From: Prorocentrum cordatum
Taxonomy: Eukaryota
Reading direction: 5' to 3'
Assembly: GCA_963575745.1 (NCBI GenBank)
Contig: CAUYUJ010000016.1
Coordinates: forward strand, 1 to 64,000
Length of the DNA stretch: 64,000 bases
Positions 1-13,445 of this stretch are shown here, piece after piece; position 1 is the first letter of the stretch, and every line of letters starts with the position of its first letter. The translations under genes and the position numbers were made by a program. Below the pieces are notes generated by a model, which was not told the origin of the DNA, searched no databases, and worked only from the letters and a program-made list of their open reading frames with translations.

Positions 1-499
1 CCTCCTCCCTCCTCCTCCTCCTCCTCCTCCTCCTCCTCCTCCTCCTGCTCCTGGCTGGGTACGGCACCGAGGTGCAGATTCGGGGGTGGGGGCCTGGAGG
101 TCCAGATGGAGGTCCTGGAGGTCCTCGGAGCAAGAAGTCGAGATCGGGAGAGCATCGGCTCGCGATGAATCGTGGATCTCCGAGATCCGGCGGTTCTGAG
201 GGATGCTTCTGGCGTCGCGACCTTCTCGGAGACTTCTGGAGCGCTCTGAGTTCCAGGACGCCCTGGGGCCACTCTATCCCGATCCTGGACCCGATTTATT
301 TACGCAGGTTCCTGGGACCCCCCGAAGTCCCCAGGACGTCTCCAAAGTCCCAGGAGGGCTCCAGAAGCCTCAGAGGGGGCCGGCACCAGAGGACGACGCT
401 GGCGGAAGACAGCGGACGGGAACGACGAGGCGCACGGGGACTGCGAGGCGACGGAGCCAGAGCATGACACTTGAGAGGCCCACGACGAGGACGAGGGAC

Positions 500-2200
500 A
501 GCGGTTCCCTCCTCCTCCCTCCTCCCTCCTCTCCTTTGCCTCCCTCCTCCCTCCTCCCTCCTCCCCTTCCTCCTCCTCCCTGCCTCCCTCCTCCCTCCTC
601 CCTCCTCCTCCTACTCCCCTCCTCCCTCCTCCTCCTCCTCCTCCCTCCTCCTCCTCCTCCTCCTCCTCCTGCTCCTCCTCCTGGGCGGGGTGGTCCATCG
701 AGGCCACCTCGGCGATCCGTGGGTGCTTTGGAGGTCGCTGCCGTGGGGCATGGCTCGGCTCTCCGGCGGCCGCTCGGGACCCGTGTGGACGATCTAGACC
801 ACCCCTCGGTCGCCCCCGGGGAGGGAAGGAGTTCAGGCGCGGCTGTTGGAAAAAGCGTCCCGACACGGGAAGCCCGCTGGTGGAACGTCGCCGGGAGTCG
901 AACAGTGAGGGGAGAGAAGAGGAAGAGAGAAAAAGGAGAACAGGTTGACGGGAGAGAAGAGGGAGAGGAGAAAGGAGGGAGACAGGAGGAACAGGAAAGA
1001 ACGGGAGTAGGGAGTGTGAGGAGAACAGGAGAGAGAAGGAGGACGTGTGGGAAAAGAAGGAAGGGAGGGAGAGGAGGAAGGAGGAGGAGGAGAGGCGGAG
1101 AGGAGGAGCGAGAAGAGGAGGGAGGAGGAGGGAGGAGGAGGAAGGAGGGACAGGAGAGGAGAGTAGGAGGCGTGGAGGCGGAGAGTTAGGAGGAAGGATA
1201 TAAGGAGGGAGGGAGAGGAGGATGGAGGGAAGGAGAAGTGGAGTGAGGAGGAGAGGAAGGCAGGGGAGGAGAGGAGGAAGAAGGTGGCAGGATAGGAGGA
1301 GGGGAAGGAAACGGAAGGTGGAGAGATAGCGGAGGAGAGGAGGAGGAGGAGGAGGAGGAGGGAGGAGGATAACTAACAAACGCCCTCAAAACCTCCAAAC
1401 TCGAAGCCTCCAAACCTCGAAGCCTCTCGCTAAGCCTGTTCCCCCCCCCTGACGTTACCGTTTTTAGGAGCGAGAAGCGCGTCCTTCTTCTCCTGGTCCT
1501 CCTCCGCGTGCGCGCCGGCCACGTCGTGCATCTTCTTCATGACCATCGCGGACTTCGCGACGCTCGAGACCGCCTGCGAGGCTGCGGCAGTCCTCCTCCT
1601 CCTCCTCATCCTCCTCCCTCCTCCCTCCCTCCCTCCCTCCCTCCGTCCCTCCCTCCCTCTCCTCCCTCCCTCCCTCCCTCCCTCCCCTCCCCCTCTCTCC
1701 TCTCCTCCTTTCCTCCTCCTCCCCCTCCTCCCCTCCCCCCTCCTCCCCCCTCCTCCTCCTCCTCCTCTCCTCCTCCTCCTCCTCCTCGTCATCCTCTTCC
1801 TCCATCTCTCCTCTGATCCTCCTGCTCATCCTGTTTCCTCCTGCTTCTCCTCCCTCGCCTCCTTCCTCCTCCTCCTCCTCCTCCTCCTCTCCTTCCTCCT
1901 CTACTCCTCCTCCGCCTCCCCCTCGCTCCTCCTTTGCTGCGGATCCTCTCCTCCTCCTCCTCCTCCTTGTCCCCCTCCTCTCCCCTCCTCCTCCTCCTCC
2001 TCCTCCTCCTCCTCCTCCTCCTCCTGCCAATCCTCCTGCTATTCCTCCTCTCCTCCTCCTCTCCTCCCTCCCTCCTCCTCCCCTCCTCCGCCTCCTTCCT
2101 CCTCCTCCCTTCCTCCTCCTCTCTCCTGCTCCCCGCTCCCCCTCCCTCCCCCTCCCCTCCTCCTCCTCCTCCTCCTCCTCCTCCTCCTCCTCCTCCTCCT
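500..2200. repeat. (CCT)n/(GGA)n low-complexity blocks
   Basis: Direct reading; unique islands at ~680-900 and ~1370-1590. Confidence 0.9.
1484..1573 (-). CDS. Candidate internal exon of an unidentified host gene (AVSSVAKSAMVMKKMHDVAGAHAEEDQEKK)
   Basis: CAG|G acceptor, AAG|GA donor (dinoflagellate-type), 90 bp, every codon ends in G or C, island between microsatellites. Confidence 0.45.
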
Positions 2201-2349
2201 GCTACGACGAAGAAGCCAAGACTCGAACACCATCGGACCAGGATGGGTCGCATCCCTGGTGACCATCGAGGTCTGCAAGACTCACCGAGCGTCGCGGCCA
2301 CTCCAGGGGCCTCCGGAACGCGTTCCGAGAGCGCCCCAGAACGCTCACG

Positions 2350-2710
2350 ATCTTTGTCCTGGCCCCAGCCCCGCCCGACCTCCGAGGAGGCTTGAAGTCT
2401 GAGGCTTCCAGACTCTCGGCTACCTTGGGTTTTTTACGGTTTGTGTCCTGGTCCCAGCCCCGCCAGATCTCCGCGGAGGCTCGAAGTCCGAGGCTTCCAG
2501 ACTCTCGGCGATCTTGGGTTTTTCTCGCGACTTGTGTCCTGGTCCCAGCCCGGCCCGACCTGCGAGGAGGCTCGAAGTCCGAGGCTTTCAGACTCTCGGC
2601 GATCTTGGGTTTTTCTCGCGACTTGTTTCCTGGTCCCAGCCCCGCACGACCTCCGAGGAGGCTCGAGGTCCGAGGCTTCCAGACTCTCGGCGATCTTGGG
2701 TCTTTTTTGT
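2350..2710. repeat. Tandem repeat, ~90-bp unit, 4 copies
   Basis: GTCCTGG anchor at 2356, 2445, 2536, 2627; unit contains CGAAGTCCGAGGCTTCCAGACTCTCGGCGATCTTGGG. Confidence 0.9.
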
Positions 2711-4019
2711 TTGGGAGGGGGGCCTCTGGGGGCTTCTTGGAGCATCTTGGGAGCCACATCGAGCCATCCTGGGCTGCCTTGGGCCGTCTTGGGAGGTCAT
2801 CCTGGGCTCCCCGAGGCCCTCTTGGAGCCATCTTGGGCCGCCTCGGGGCCTCGAACGGGCAGCCTCTCGGGACCTCCGAGGACCTCCGGCGACAAACCTG
2901 CCGCTCGCCGCCGCCGCCCTTCCGGCGTCCCCGCAGGCCGCTGCCGGACGCCAGAGGGGCCGTCGGGGAGTCGGAGGACGAGCGGGGTCTGGCCATCGCT
3001 CGGACGTCCATTCCCTGTGTTTTTTTCGGCTTCGTGCGTGGTTTTTTCGCCAGCTGATCAGGGATGCTCCTCGATGGTCCTCGCCGAAGGAGGAGTGCAC
3101 ACGTCCGAGCGATGCCAAGGGGGAGGGAAGACGGGCCGCGGGGGAGGGGGTCGCGGCCGCTCGGCGAGGTCTCGGCCCACGCGGCACGGCGCAGGCTGTT
3201 CGGCCCTCGGGGCCGAGCAGCTGCGCGTCGTTCACTTCTAATCGTGCTCGCTTCTGATTGTGCTCGCTTCTGGTGGTTCCTGGCCCCCTAGTGGCCAGAA
3301 GAGGCCCAGGATAGAACAATTACAGACGAAAGGATCTTGGCCTCCAAAACATCGAGGAATATTCGCATAATTAAACATGAGCAATGTGTATGCACCGTAG
3401 CATTGCTGGGTCGAGGATCGACGCCTCCAGAGACGCCCACGCGGCACGGTGAGCACAGGCTGTCCGCGGATCCCCGACCTCTCCAGATGCGTCTGGAGAT
3501 CCGCTGGCCTGCCAAGTTCATCGGGGCTTGGGACCGACTTGTGCAGACATGCAGTCGGGGCTGTTTGGAGAGGACACGCGAGAGGACACAAGACCCTTCC
3601 GAGGGCCACATTGCCATAGGAATGTAAGAAGGCATGGGTGGCGAAGCTCAGGACACAAGGGTACCCTTGATCTGGCAGGGTCGACCTACTAATCAATCTC
3701 GACTATACTTGAACTTTGAACTTTTGGCGGTTCGCGCGGATTCCTTGGACCTGCGCTGGACCCCCCTCCCTGGCGCGCTCCACGCGCCAGGGGCGGCGCT
3801 GGAGGCGCCGCCAGGACGCTCCAGCGCAGATCCTGGAGGTCCGCGCGGAGCGCCAACAATTTATGTCGGCGGCGTGCGAGGGGGAATTTCTTCTGTCTCC
3901 GGGTAAGGCTCAGGGGGACCTCCGGGCCTTCTGAGCAAGTCTTCTCCCTCTCACTTCCCCCCCTCGCTCGCCGCCGACTCTGTTTGTGCCGTTTTTTTTC
4001 TTTGACTACAGTGGAGGCC

Positions 4020-4175
4020 AATCCACAAGAAACCTCCCGCAAGAAACCCAACCCCGAGATCCCAGCACGTCCGTGGATTTTTGGTGTGGGAGCGTCGCGC
4101 CTTCCACAGCGAAACCATGGAACCCCAGGAAACCCAGGGCACCCTGAAGGCAAGCAGGGTGTTTCTTGCCATGCG
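4020..4175 (+). repeat. Dispersed ~160-bp repeat (copies also at ~4635-4790 and ~60850-61010)
   Basis: AGAAACCC..CCCGAGATCCCAG.ACGTC...GTGGGAGCGTCGCGC...AACCCAGGGCACC shared. Confidence 0.8.
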
Positions 4176-4962
4176 TCTCCACTGTACACGCAAGACTGAC
4201 CCCCGGCAGGGGTGCCCTCCGGTGCACAGCTTGCCGATGGCTGCGCGCGGTGCGGAGCAAAGGCGGGCCGCGTGCTCGGCCCTTTGCCCCCCCCCCCCGC
4301 CCGCCCGGTCGCTCCCTGAGAGCCGCGTCTTCTCGGACGCACCTCTGCTTCTCAGAAGGTGTGGGCCCTGTCTGCAGATGGAAGGCCGGCGCCTTCTCCG
4401 AGGCAGCCTGCTTCCAAGAAGCCTTCCCCCTCCCCCTGCCCCCCTCTGTGCGTGGCCGAGAAGGGTCGGCGGCGTGCCCAGGTTCGGACTTCGAGGCAAT
4501 GCTTCCCAGTTTTCGGCCTAAGGGGGCCGTTTTCGGGCCCCCCGAGAAACTCGATCCGGGGTGGAAAACCGCGTCGGATGGACCCTGGGAGGGGTCCCAG
4601 GATCGGTTTTGATCGGTACAGAGGGAGCTCGACCACAAGGAACCTTCCAGAAGAAACCCAACCCTGAGATCCCAGGACGTCCATTGATTTCTGGTGTGGG
4701 AACGTCACGCTTTTCATAGCAAAGCCATCGAAACCCAAGGAACCCAGGGCACCGAGGAGGCACACACAAAGTTGCTTGGCATGGGTGTCCACTATGGAGG
4801 GGGCGGGTCTCCTCAGGATGCCGCTGGGAACGTCTCAGAAGGCCGGATGGGCTTCTCAGAAGCCCTGCCGCCTTTTGAAAGGGTCTGCCCCCCCCCCCCC
4901 CCTCCCTTGCCCCCCCCTCCTCAGCGCGCCGCCGAAAGGGGCATTTCTACGTGCAGCCGAGC

Positions 4963-5118
4963 AAAATTCTGGAGGTCGGGAAGGGGTGTGGCGTACTGTA
5001 GAGGGGTGTGGTGCCAATCGTGGACATGGCGACGCTACCAACGGTAGATAACCTCGCCAAATCCAGCATCGGCACCACACCCCTCTACACCACACCCTTT
5101 TCCTACCTCCAGAAAATC
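4963..5118. repeat. Imperfect inverted-repeat element
   Basis: TTCTGGAGGT...TGTAGAGGGGTGTGGTGCC mirrored by GGCACCACACCCCTCTACA...ACCTCCAGAA. Confidence 0.55.
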
Positions 5119-5309
5119 TGGCACGTCTTCGACCGTTCCCGCCCGGCGCACTCCAACGGAAGCTCGAGAAGGCTGAGACGAGGATGATGTCAAGATGCGA
5201 TAAGCTCAAGGCATGTTCCAAGCATCCTGGAATATTCGGCGAGCCTTTTTTTTGGAGCCTGGGCGGGGCAATCGGGAATTTCGCAGCAAATGCTGCGATT
5301 GTTGGAATG

Positions 5310-6132
<823 letters not shown>

Positions 6133-7299
6133 GTCACAACTTTCGCGGCGCGCAGAGGGGGGCAGGAGGAGGGGGGAAGGCTTCTTAGAAGGACGCTGCT
6201 TCTTAGAAGGCGTGGGCCTTACATCTACAGACAAGGCCCGCGCCTTCTGAGAAGCATGACTGCTTCTGAGAAGCCCTTCCCCCCCCCTTACCCCCCCTTT
6301 CTGCGCGTGGCCGATGACTGCTCGCTCCCCTCAGAGCTGAAGCTGGGAGCCCCTCTGCCCTCGGAGACGGCATCCTCGGAGACGACGGCGGCGGAGGAGA
6401 GGAAGCCCACAGCAGGCAAACGGCGCCGAGCCGCACACGGGGGCCGCTCCCGCGTGCGGCGGCCCTGGGGAGCGGAAGGGGGACGCGCACCAAAGGCCAG
6501 GCAGGGGGCGCGAGCCGGCCAGGCGCGGCCCCGCCTGCACCTTGACGCTGGTCGCGCGGATGCTGTCGCGCCTGATGGGCGCCCGCGCGGCTCTGTCTTC
6601 CCCGTTGCTCCCCAAAGTGCTCTCGTGAGAGTCCAGCCCTCGGTCTGAAGCAGCCGCGCGCGCGCCTCCTCCCTCTCCTCCCGCTGCCCCTGCTCCAGCT
6701 CCCGTGCCGTTCGAGCCAGCCCTCCTCTGGGGCTGCGTGCCTCGGAGGTGCTGGCGGGCCGGTGCCCCACGCGGGGGGTGCAGGCAGCCGCTGCGATGCT
6801 CTTCGAGTCTGCGGCCGAAGTTGCCCACTCCCAGAGCCACAGGCGACCAGGCCCAGCGAGCTGACTCATGTGACTCCATGGGCTCGTCTCGTCTCCTGCC
6901 CCTGCTCTCCGCATGCCCGCTCTGGCACGCCCCTCGCACGTTCCGCGAGGAGGGGGAGGAGGAGGATGGGGCAGGAGGATGGGGCATGAGAAGGAGGAGG
7001 AGGAGGAGGAGGAGGAGGAGGAGGAGGAGGAGGAGATGGAGGAGGAGAAGGAGGAAGACCAGAAAAGGAACTCTCCACCTGCGGCCCCGGTGGGCGCGAC
7101 CGCGCGGCGCACGCACCCCTCGCACGCGCGGCCGCGGGGCATGCGCGCCCCCGAGCTCGGCGCACCCCTCGCGCGCCTCGTGGCCCCCGCGAGAAGCGCC
7201 GCCCGCGGCCCCGGCGCGCGGCCGCGGGGCGGACGCGCCGGAAAGTCGGCACGCCCAGCTCTTCGCGTGACAGTCGCGCCGTCGCGGGTGCGAATGTCG

Positions 7300-7477
7300 G
7301 CGTCCGTAGGGGGCCTCGTGCGAGCCCTATCCCTGCCCCCCCCCCCACGATTTCTGAGGGGGGGAGGGTGGGGGTTCACTTCGCTCGGGCGCTCCCGAGC
7401 GAAGTGAACCCCACCCTCCCCCTCAGAAATCGTGGGGGGGGTAGGGGTAGGGTTCGCACGAGGCCCCCTACGGACGC
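7300..7477. repeat. Near-perfect 178-bp palindrome (foldback); second copy at ~38200-38420
   Basis: Centre TTCACTTCGCTCGGG-CGCT-CCCGAGCGAAGTGAA; outer arms GCGTCCGTAGGGGGCCTCGTGCGA / TCGCACGAGGCCCCCTACGGACGC. Confidence 0.88.
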
Positions 7478-8369
7478 GCCCGAAAGTCTGCCCGAAAGTC
7501 GGGCGGACGCGCCCGAAAGTCGCGCGCGTCGTGGCCTCATCTCTGGGCGACCCAGAAAGGGGGTCCCACTGCAACGGGGGGTGGTGCAACAACTTTGGGG
7601 CAATTGTGTTGCGAGTGTACTGCGATGGAGAATGGTATTGCATTGTGCTGCAACGAATGTATTGCACGCGAACATCCAGCGGTACATTTGCGCCCCGGAA
7701 ATGTAATGCACGCCCAGACTGTATTGCAACCCCACAAATCACTTGCACCACATCTATTGCACCACCCCCTCGTCGCTGGACACCCTTTTGGGTCAACCCG
7801 ATCATCGGGGAGTTCCACCCACGGTCTGCCCGACCGCATGGCGCACCCGCCCCCCCAACTCGGCACACCCCTCGCGCATCTCGTGGCACCATAGGCAGCT
7901 TCACCTGCGGCCTCAGCGTGCACCCAGGGATCTGAACGGGACGCGTGGTCTGCCACGTGTTGCGCCTTGAGAAGCTTCTGGCCGTGCTTCGGCAACGGAC
8001 TGGCCACGCACAATTCCAACATATACCAACAAAACGTGACAATGATTCCACGTTTTCTGGACATGCGTCCAACGAACTAATTGGCTTCTGGACATGATTC
8101 CACGTTTCAAGAAGTACAGTACCACCAGAACATGACAGACCTCCCTGCACAACTGCCGACGGAATTCCCCGTCCCGTCGTGCGCATGTCGGGTCGGAGCC
8201 ATATAAGCTAGAGCCCGTGGGCTGTGGAAACTTCGGCCAAAACAACCGTAAACTCGCATTCCGGGAGATCACGAACCGTCAGACAAAGATGCAAAAACGC
8301 ACAACGAACAACGCTCGTGCCGTCTGGCTCGGGAACTTCCGGGTTACCGCAGGCAGCGACGCACAGTCA

Positions 8370-8462
8370 ACGATGGTGATGATGGTGATGGTGGTAATGA
8401 TGATGACGATGATGATGCTGATGCTGCTGATGCTGATGCTGATGACGACGATGCTGATGCTG

Positions 8463-8493
<31 letters not shown>

Positions 8494-8494
8494 A

Positions 8495-8562
<68 letters not shown>

Positions 8563-8861
8563 CGACAACGACGACGATGACAACGACGGCGACAATGATG
8601 GTGATGACGATTATGATGATGCTGATGCTGATGATGATGATGATGATAATGGTGAGGATGCTGCTGCTGATGATGCACAAGATGAGTAGTTATGATTACA
8701 TCATGATGATGCTGATGATGCTGCTGATGATGGTGGGTGATGCTGGTGAACATGATGCTGATGCTGTTGATGATAATGATCATGCAGCTGATGATGTTGC
8801 GGATGATGCTCCAGCTGATGATGATGATTCTGATGATGGTGATGGGGATGATGATGCTGCT

Positions 8862-8906
<45 letters not shown>

Positions 8907-8915
8907 GAGGATGAT
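8370..8915. repeat. (GAT)n/(GCT)n microsatellite
   Basis: Direct reading. Confidence 0.95.
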
Positions 8916-9803
8916 GGTAAGGAACGTGCTCCACATACTGGCTCCTGATGACTGGGAAGCGGGAAAGCAGGAGCGTGAAGATGAGGAGACGGAGCGGGAG
9001 ATGGCAACGCAGACCAAGGAGGTGAGCAGAGGGAACAAAAACGGGCATGCAGGATCAATCAGCAGGGGCACGGAATCGAACTCGAATGGGATCGGTCGCG
9101 CCAAGATGCACAGCAACGCCGTGCAAACACCTTGTCGCATCGCATCGCCCAGAAACTGGGAGCGAATTGGATCGGGCCTGGCGGAATGGATATTCACTCG
9201 GATCGAGCGGATCGAAGCGAACCCTGCCATGAGTGCAAGGGTCCAGGCAGAGCCTTCGTTGCCTCAACCTCCCGCGCCTCAAGCGGGATGTGCGAAGGCG
9301 CGCTGTAGACCCCGTCGGCAGGCGTAGCTGTGACCTCGTCGGCCAGGCCTTCACAGGCCTCGCGCAGCTTGGGGTCCATGGCTTCTCTGCGTCTGCTCCG
9401 CTGCCCGGTCCTGCTCTTCGACCTCTTGCTGTCCGCCCGCGGCTGACGAGCGGGCCGAGGCCTGGCAGTTGGGCGGGCTTGAGGGGAGCAAGCGACTGAT
9501 GCCGCCAATCGTCATGGCCGCTCGAGACGTCCAGCACCAACCCAACGTGGGCCTTCCAAGGGACGAGCGCCCCCGCTTCTAGGCGTTGTTCTGCTCGAGA
9601 CCCTTTTCGCAGAAGGCATGGTTGGTGAACGAAGCGCTCTTGGTTTTGGCGCAAGTGGCTGACATGTCGGGCGCGACCGCCACTCCATTGACGAGGCTGA
9701 GGTATCGGAGGAGGAGGTGGAGGAGGAGGAGCAGGAGGAGGGGGGGGGGGAAGGGGGAGGAGGAGGAGGAGGAGGAGGAGGAGGAGGAGGAGGAGAAGGA
9801 GGG

Positions 9804-9825
9804 ACCGTAGCCATTTTGGCTCAAG
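9804..9825 (+). other. Genomic copy of the dinoflagellate spliced leader (DinoSL)
   Basis: ACCGTAGCCATTTTGGCTCAAG, 22/22 match to DCCGTAGCCATTTTGGCTCAAG; followed by AC, not the GT donor of an SL RNA gene. Confidence 0.97.
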
Positions 9826-10020
9826 ACTTAAACGCTGTGAAGGGCTATAGACGCCCGAGAACCAGCGATTAGGTCTTGGCCCGTCCGTAGCAGGGCCCAA
9901 GGTTTTGGAGCACAGCGCTCCTCGGCAACACGACCGCTCTGGCCAAGATCCTGGTCAGGTTCACCACTTTCCTCTTTGTTTCTGCTCCCGCTGCGGAGCT
10001 CCAGTCAGCAGGTTCCGTTG

Positions 10021-11457
10021 ATGGCGCCATGGACGTGCGCATGGCAGTGCAGATGCGGGCAGCAGAACTGGAATTCGTCGGTGAACTGCGTCAAGTGCAA
10101 CGGTCATTGGAAGTCTTCCAAGAAAGAGAGCGGCACCAGCAACCCCAAGGGCCGCCAGCGATCCAAAAGCCAGAAGAGCCAGAGATCAGCATCAGAGTCG
10201 CGCCCATGGGAAGACGACCTGAAGTCCAACGGAGCCCCGTTCGTTCGCATGGCGACCCCTGCAGAAACACAGGCTCATCCAGATTACCGACCCCTGAGCT
10301 CGCGCGCCACCGAGTCGGAGAAGAAGGAGTACTACCGCGAGACGCGCTCCAGGCTGAACCTGCTCCAGCAGCGGTACAACCTCGCGTGGGCCATGAGGGA
10401 GCCAGTGCAGGAACTCGCCACTTCCATTTCCATACTGAGAAGAATGTTGATCTCCGAGAAGAGCTTGCACCAGCAAAGTGCTTGGGCGGAGACTACGTTA
10501 GCCAGGATGATGCTGCGCGTGGAAGCAGCAAACAAAGAAGTCATTTCGCTCAAGGACCAGCTCCAAGCGAAGGTCAACATCAGAGACAACTTGCAGGACC
10601 AGCTGGATGCTCTGAAGCGTACCAAGAAGGAGATCCACCAGCTCATGGAGGAGGAGAAGCGCCAGAAGGAACTGGAGGCCAGCGAGGACATGGACGAGGA
10701 CAAGCCGAGCCAGGGCGTTGTGGTCTTCCTCGAGCGCACCTTGGAGGAGATCCCAGCAGGTCAGCCGGCCCCTGCTTCGCCAGTGATTCCGACTCCAGTC
10801 GCGCTCTCCTCCTCAGCATCGACACCGGCGGCGTCCACAGCAGGTACTGCACCATCGAGTGCCAGCATACAGCATGCGGTCCAGCAGCAGGTCGAGGCAC
10901 AGCTGAAGCCCATGGCGGACCAGATGCTGCAGATGCAGCAGATGATGGAGGCCATGATGATGAGAGACGTGGTGCGCGCGGCAGCGCCAGCGGCAGCGGT
11001 AGCAGGCCACATCTCTGTGCCAGCTTCACCAGCGCCGTCACCACCGACTGCAGCTCCCAGTTCACCACCATCGTTGACGCCGACGCAGCCGTGGACGCCG
11101 ATACCGAGGGTGGAGTCCACAGCGCAGGACATGACCGCGGGACGGACTTCGGTGAGGGAGCGGGCTGCGGCTTTCGAGAGCGGCTCCGAGGGCCAGTTCT
11201 CGCTCGGGCCGCGCCAGCGTGGCAGCCAGAGGACGTCAGCATCGCGGAGTCCAAGCGTTCGCACCCAGAGGGCGAGAGCGCCAGGATCTTCAAGGCGTCC
11301 CGCCAACGACAAGGGCAAGTCGAGGGCGGCGATGGCAGCATTCCGCAAGCCGCTGAGACGGACAGATGTCGAGGCGGTCGCTCAGGCAGCGGAGGACCAC
11401 CGAGTGCCGAGCAGCGACGCTGCCCAGATCGACACCTACGCGGAGGCCGAGTACTGA
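10021..11457 (+). CDS. LINE ORF1 protein (RanBP2-like zinc finger, coiled coil, P/S/A-rich tail), 478 aa from ATG
   Basis: Open ORF; WQCRCGQQNWNSSVNCVKC resembles W-x-C-x(2,4)-C-x3-N-x6-C-x2-C with shortened first spacing; E/K/Q/L heptad-rich middle; lies between the SL and ORF2. Confidence 0.8.
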   Translation: MAPWTCAWQCRCGQQNWNSSVNCVKCNGHWKSSKKESGTSNPKGRQRSKSQKSQRSASESRPWEDDLKSNGAPFVRMATPAETQAHPDYRPLSSRATESEKKEYYRETRSRLNLLQQRYNLAWAMREPVQELATSISILRRMLISEKSLHQQSAWAETTLARMMLRVEAANKEVISLKDQLQAKVNIRDNLQDQLDALKRTKKEIHQLMEEEKRQKELEASEDMDEDKPSQGVVVFLERTLEEIPAGQPAPASPVIPTPVALSSSASTPAASTAGTAPSSASIQHAVQQQVEAQLKPMADQMLQMQQMMEAMMMRDVVRAAAPAAAVAGHISVPASPAPSPPTAAPSSPPSLTPTQPWTPIPRVESTAQDMTAGRTSVRERAAAFESGSEGQFSLGPRQRGSQRTSASRSPSVRTQRARAPGSSRRPANDKGKSRAAMAAFRKPLRRTDVEAVAQAAEDHRVPSSDAAQIDTYAEAEY

Positions 11458-11949
11458 GCCTACACGGCCATGATGAGGTGTCGGATGGGGAGATGCTGAC
11501 ACCCACCAACATGCATGTAGACTCTAGCGAGAATACACCGCCACCCCAACGCTGTAGTGTTGAATTCGATAGGACCAAGTCCAAGGTGGCATTCGCCACG
11601 ACTGTGCCTTCTCACTTCTATGATCCCTCCTCTTCCTCCTCCTCTTTTCCCGGTGGTGGGTTGGGCAGTTCGGAGGCGCGGACCCTGGGACTCTGGGGGG
11701 TTCGGAGGTTGGAAGTCTCGTGGGCCCTCAGGTCCTTGACCTTGACAGTCGGATCCCGATCGAGGTCGCGATCGTGGGTGATGATCCTGCCGACTCGATC
11801 AGTTGTAAGTTGGGGCAGATAGGTTTGCTCACGCGCCTCCAACAAGAGGGATGCGAGATAGACCTTGAGTTAGATTTCAACAAAGAGGGCTTGCATGCCC
11901 ACGCGCAGCTTGGCTTGGACATGTGCCCGACTAGCGAGCACGTTGCCGG

Positions 11950-12395
11950 CCAGATTTCAATCTTCGTCGACGGGTCCTTCGACGAAACGAACCCTAGCAC
12001 AGCGGCCTGGGCGATGGCCGTGGTGGCCAAGGACAGAGCAGGAGCCTTTTCTTTTCTGGGGGCTGGGACAGGGAAGGTTATCGCATCCGTTGGCATTTCT
12101 TTAGATACCACTCGTTTTAGCAGCACTACGCCAGAGATGGGGGGTGTCCTCTGGGCCCTGCTTTGGATCGGACTTCTTGGGCAGCATGAGGCTGATGGTT
12201 TTGTCATTGAGTCTGACTCCGCTTCTGCGATTCAGATTGCTGAAGGCTCTGCTCCATCTACTGCCCATCCTGAGTTTGGTACCTTGTTGCGACACTTGGT
12301 CGTGGACCTGCGAGCGAGGTATGACCTCACGTTCCGCCACGTCCCGTCCCACAATGCCCATCCATGGAACGAGTTAGTCGATGGCCTCTCTAAGC
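11950..12395 (+). pseudogene. ORF2 N-terminal RNase H domain
   Basis: IFVDGS...TTPEMGGVLWAL...IESDSASAI...FRHVPSHNAHPWNELVDGLSK gives the D-E-D-H-D RNase HI pattern; a frameshift follows near 12390. Confidence 0.88.
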
Positions 12396-12644
12396 GTAGG
12401 CGAACGGACTCCGAATCTCGCGACCCCCGACTGGGCGATGCTCTTGACCCCTGCGGTAGGAGACGCCTGGTCATGGGTTGCTGAGCTGGAAGCCGATCGC
12501 ATCGCGTATCCTGAGATCACCGAGCACGGTGGACAGGCCAGTTTCATTACGCCCGTGCGCACATACGCGACGGGACACCCTCACCACTACTTACCCCTTG
12601 GACAAGAAGGTGGTCTTGAGCCCCCTAAAGAAATGGCTGGTGAT

Positions 12645-13445
12645 CTCACTCTTAATGTTGCGACCTACAATGCGATGTCCATGCTTGAGAATACCAAAAG
12701 GCAGCAGCGGAGACACAATGCTAAATTGGCCAGAAAACAGTTTCACGAACAGGGCATTCAGGTCCTTGGGATCCAAGAAGCGCGGACACCTGAAGGGACC
12801 AGGTCCGCTGATGGCTACTATATCCTTGCCTCTGGAGGCGACGGGAAAAACTTCGGTGTGGAAGCCTGTTTTTCGCTGACCATTCCGTATATGAGACACC
12901 AAGGTCACCCAAGGTACTTTCAAAAAAAACATTTTCTTGTCACGCATAGATATATCCGCAGGATTGTAGTGCAAGTCCGCGCGCCAGGACTTCATTTCAC
13001 TTTCATGGTCCTGCACGCTCCCTATCAGGACGCGCAGAGCAGGACCATCGATGCTGGTGCACTTCAGAGGTGGTGGGAGGAGACTACCGCGATAGCCCAG
13101 CGTATGTCGGTCGACGTCGTGTCTGTCGATGCTAACGCGCGTGTTGGTAGCATTTCGTCCGTCGCTGTCGGGGTCGGAGGATGGGCGGAGGAAGAAAATG
13201 TTTCGGGAACCTGCTTTCACCAGTGCATGTGCGAGTTAGGTCTTGTCGCCCCCTCCACTTTCTCTGATCCCAGCTGGAGCAGGGATACAGAGCCCAGCAG
13301 TTTCACCTTTGTGAAGAATGGCGCCCACCACAGGATCGATTACGTTCTTGTGAAGCCCCACTTCGTGCCGGCCATCGCTTTCGAGCAAGTCTGGAGTGAT
13401 CTCGATGATCTGATGGAGGTCAGTGATCACTTCCCTGTTGTGCTG
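12645..13445 (+). pseudogene. ORF2 apurinic-like (APE/EEP) endonuclease domain
   Basis: VATYNA, LGIQEAR, LHAP, VDANARVG, RIDYVLV and SDHFPV motifs in canonical order. Confidence 0.92.

Noticed and set aside
9804..9900. SL RNA gene
   Set aside because: The SL is followed by AC and element sequence, not a GT donor and SL intron; likewise for the other two SLs
10029..11822. 597-aa overlapping ORF and antisense ORFs over the LINEs
   Set aside because: Shadow frames of GC-rich coding DNA; only the last ~100 codons might be the true ORF2 start
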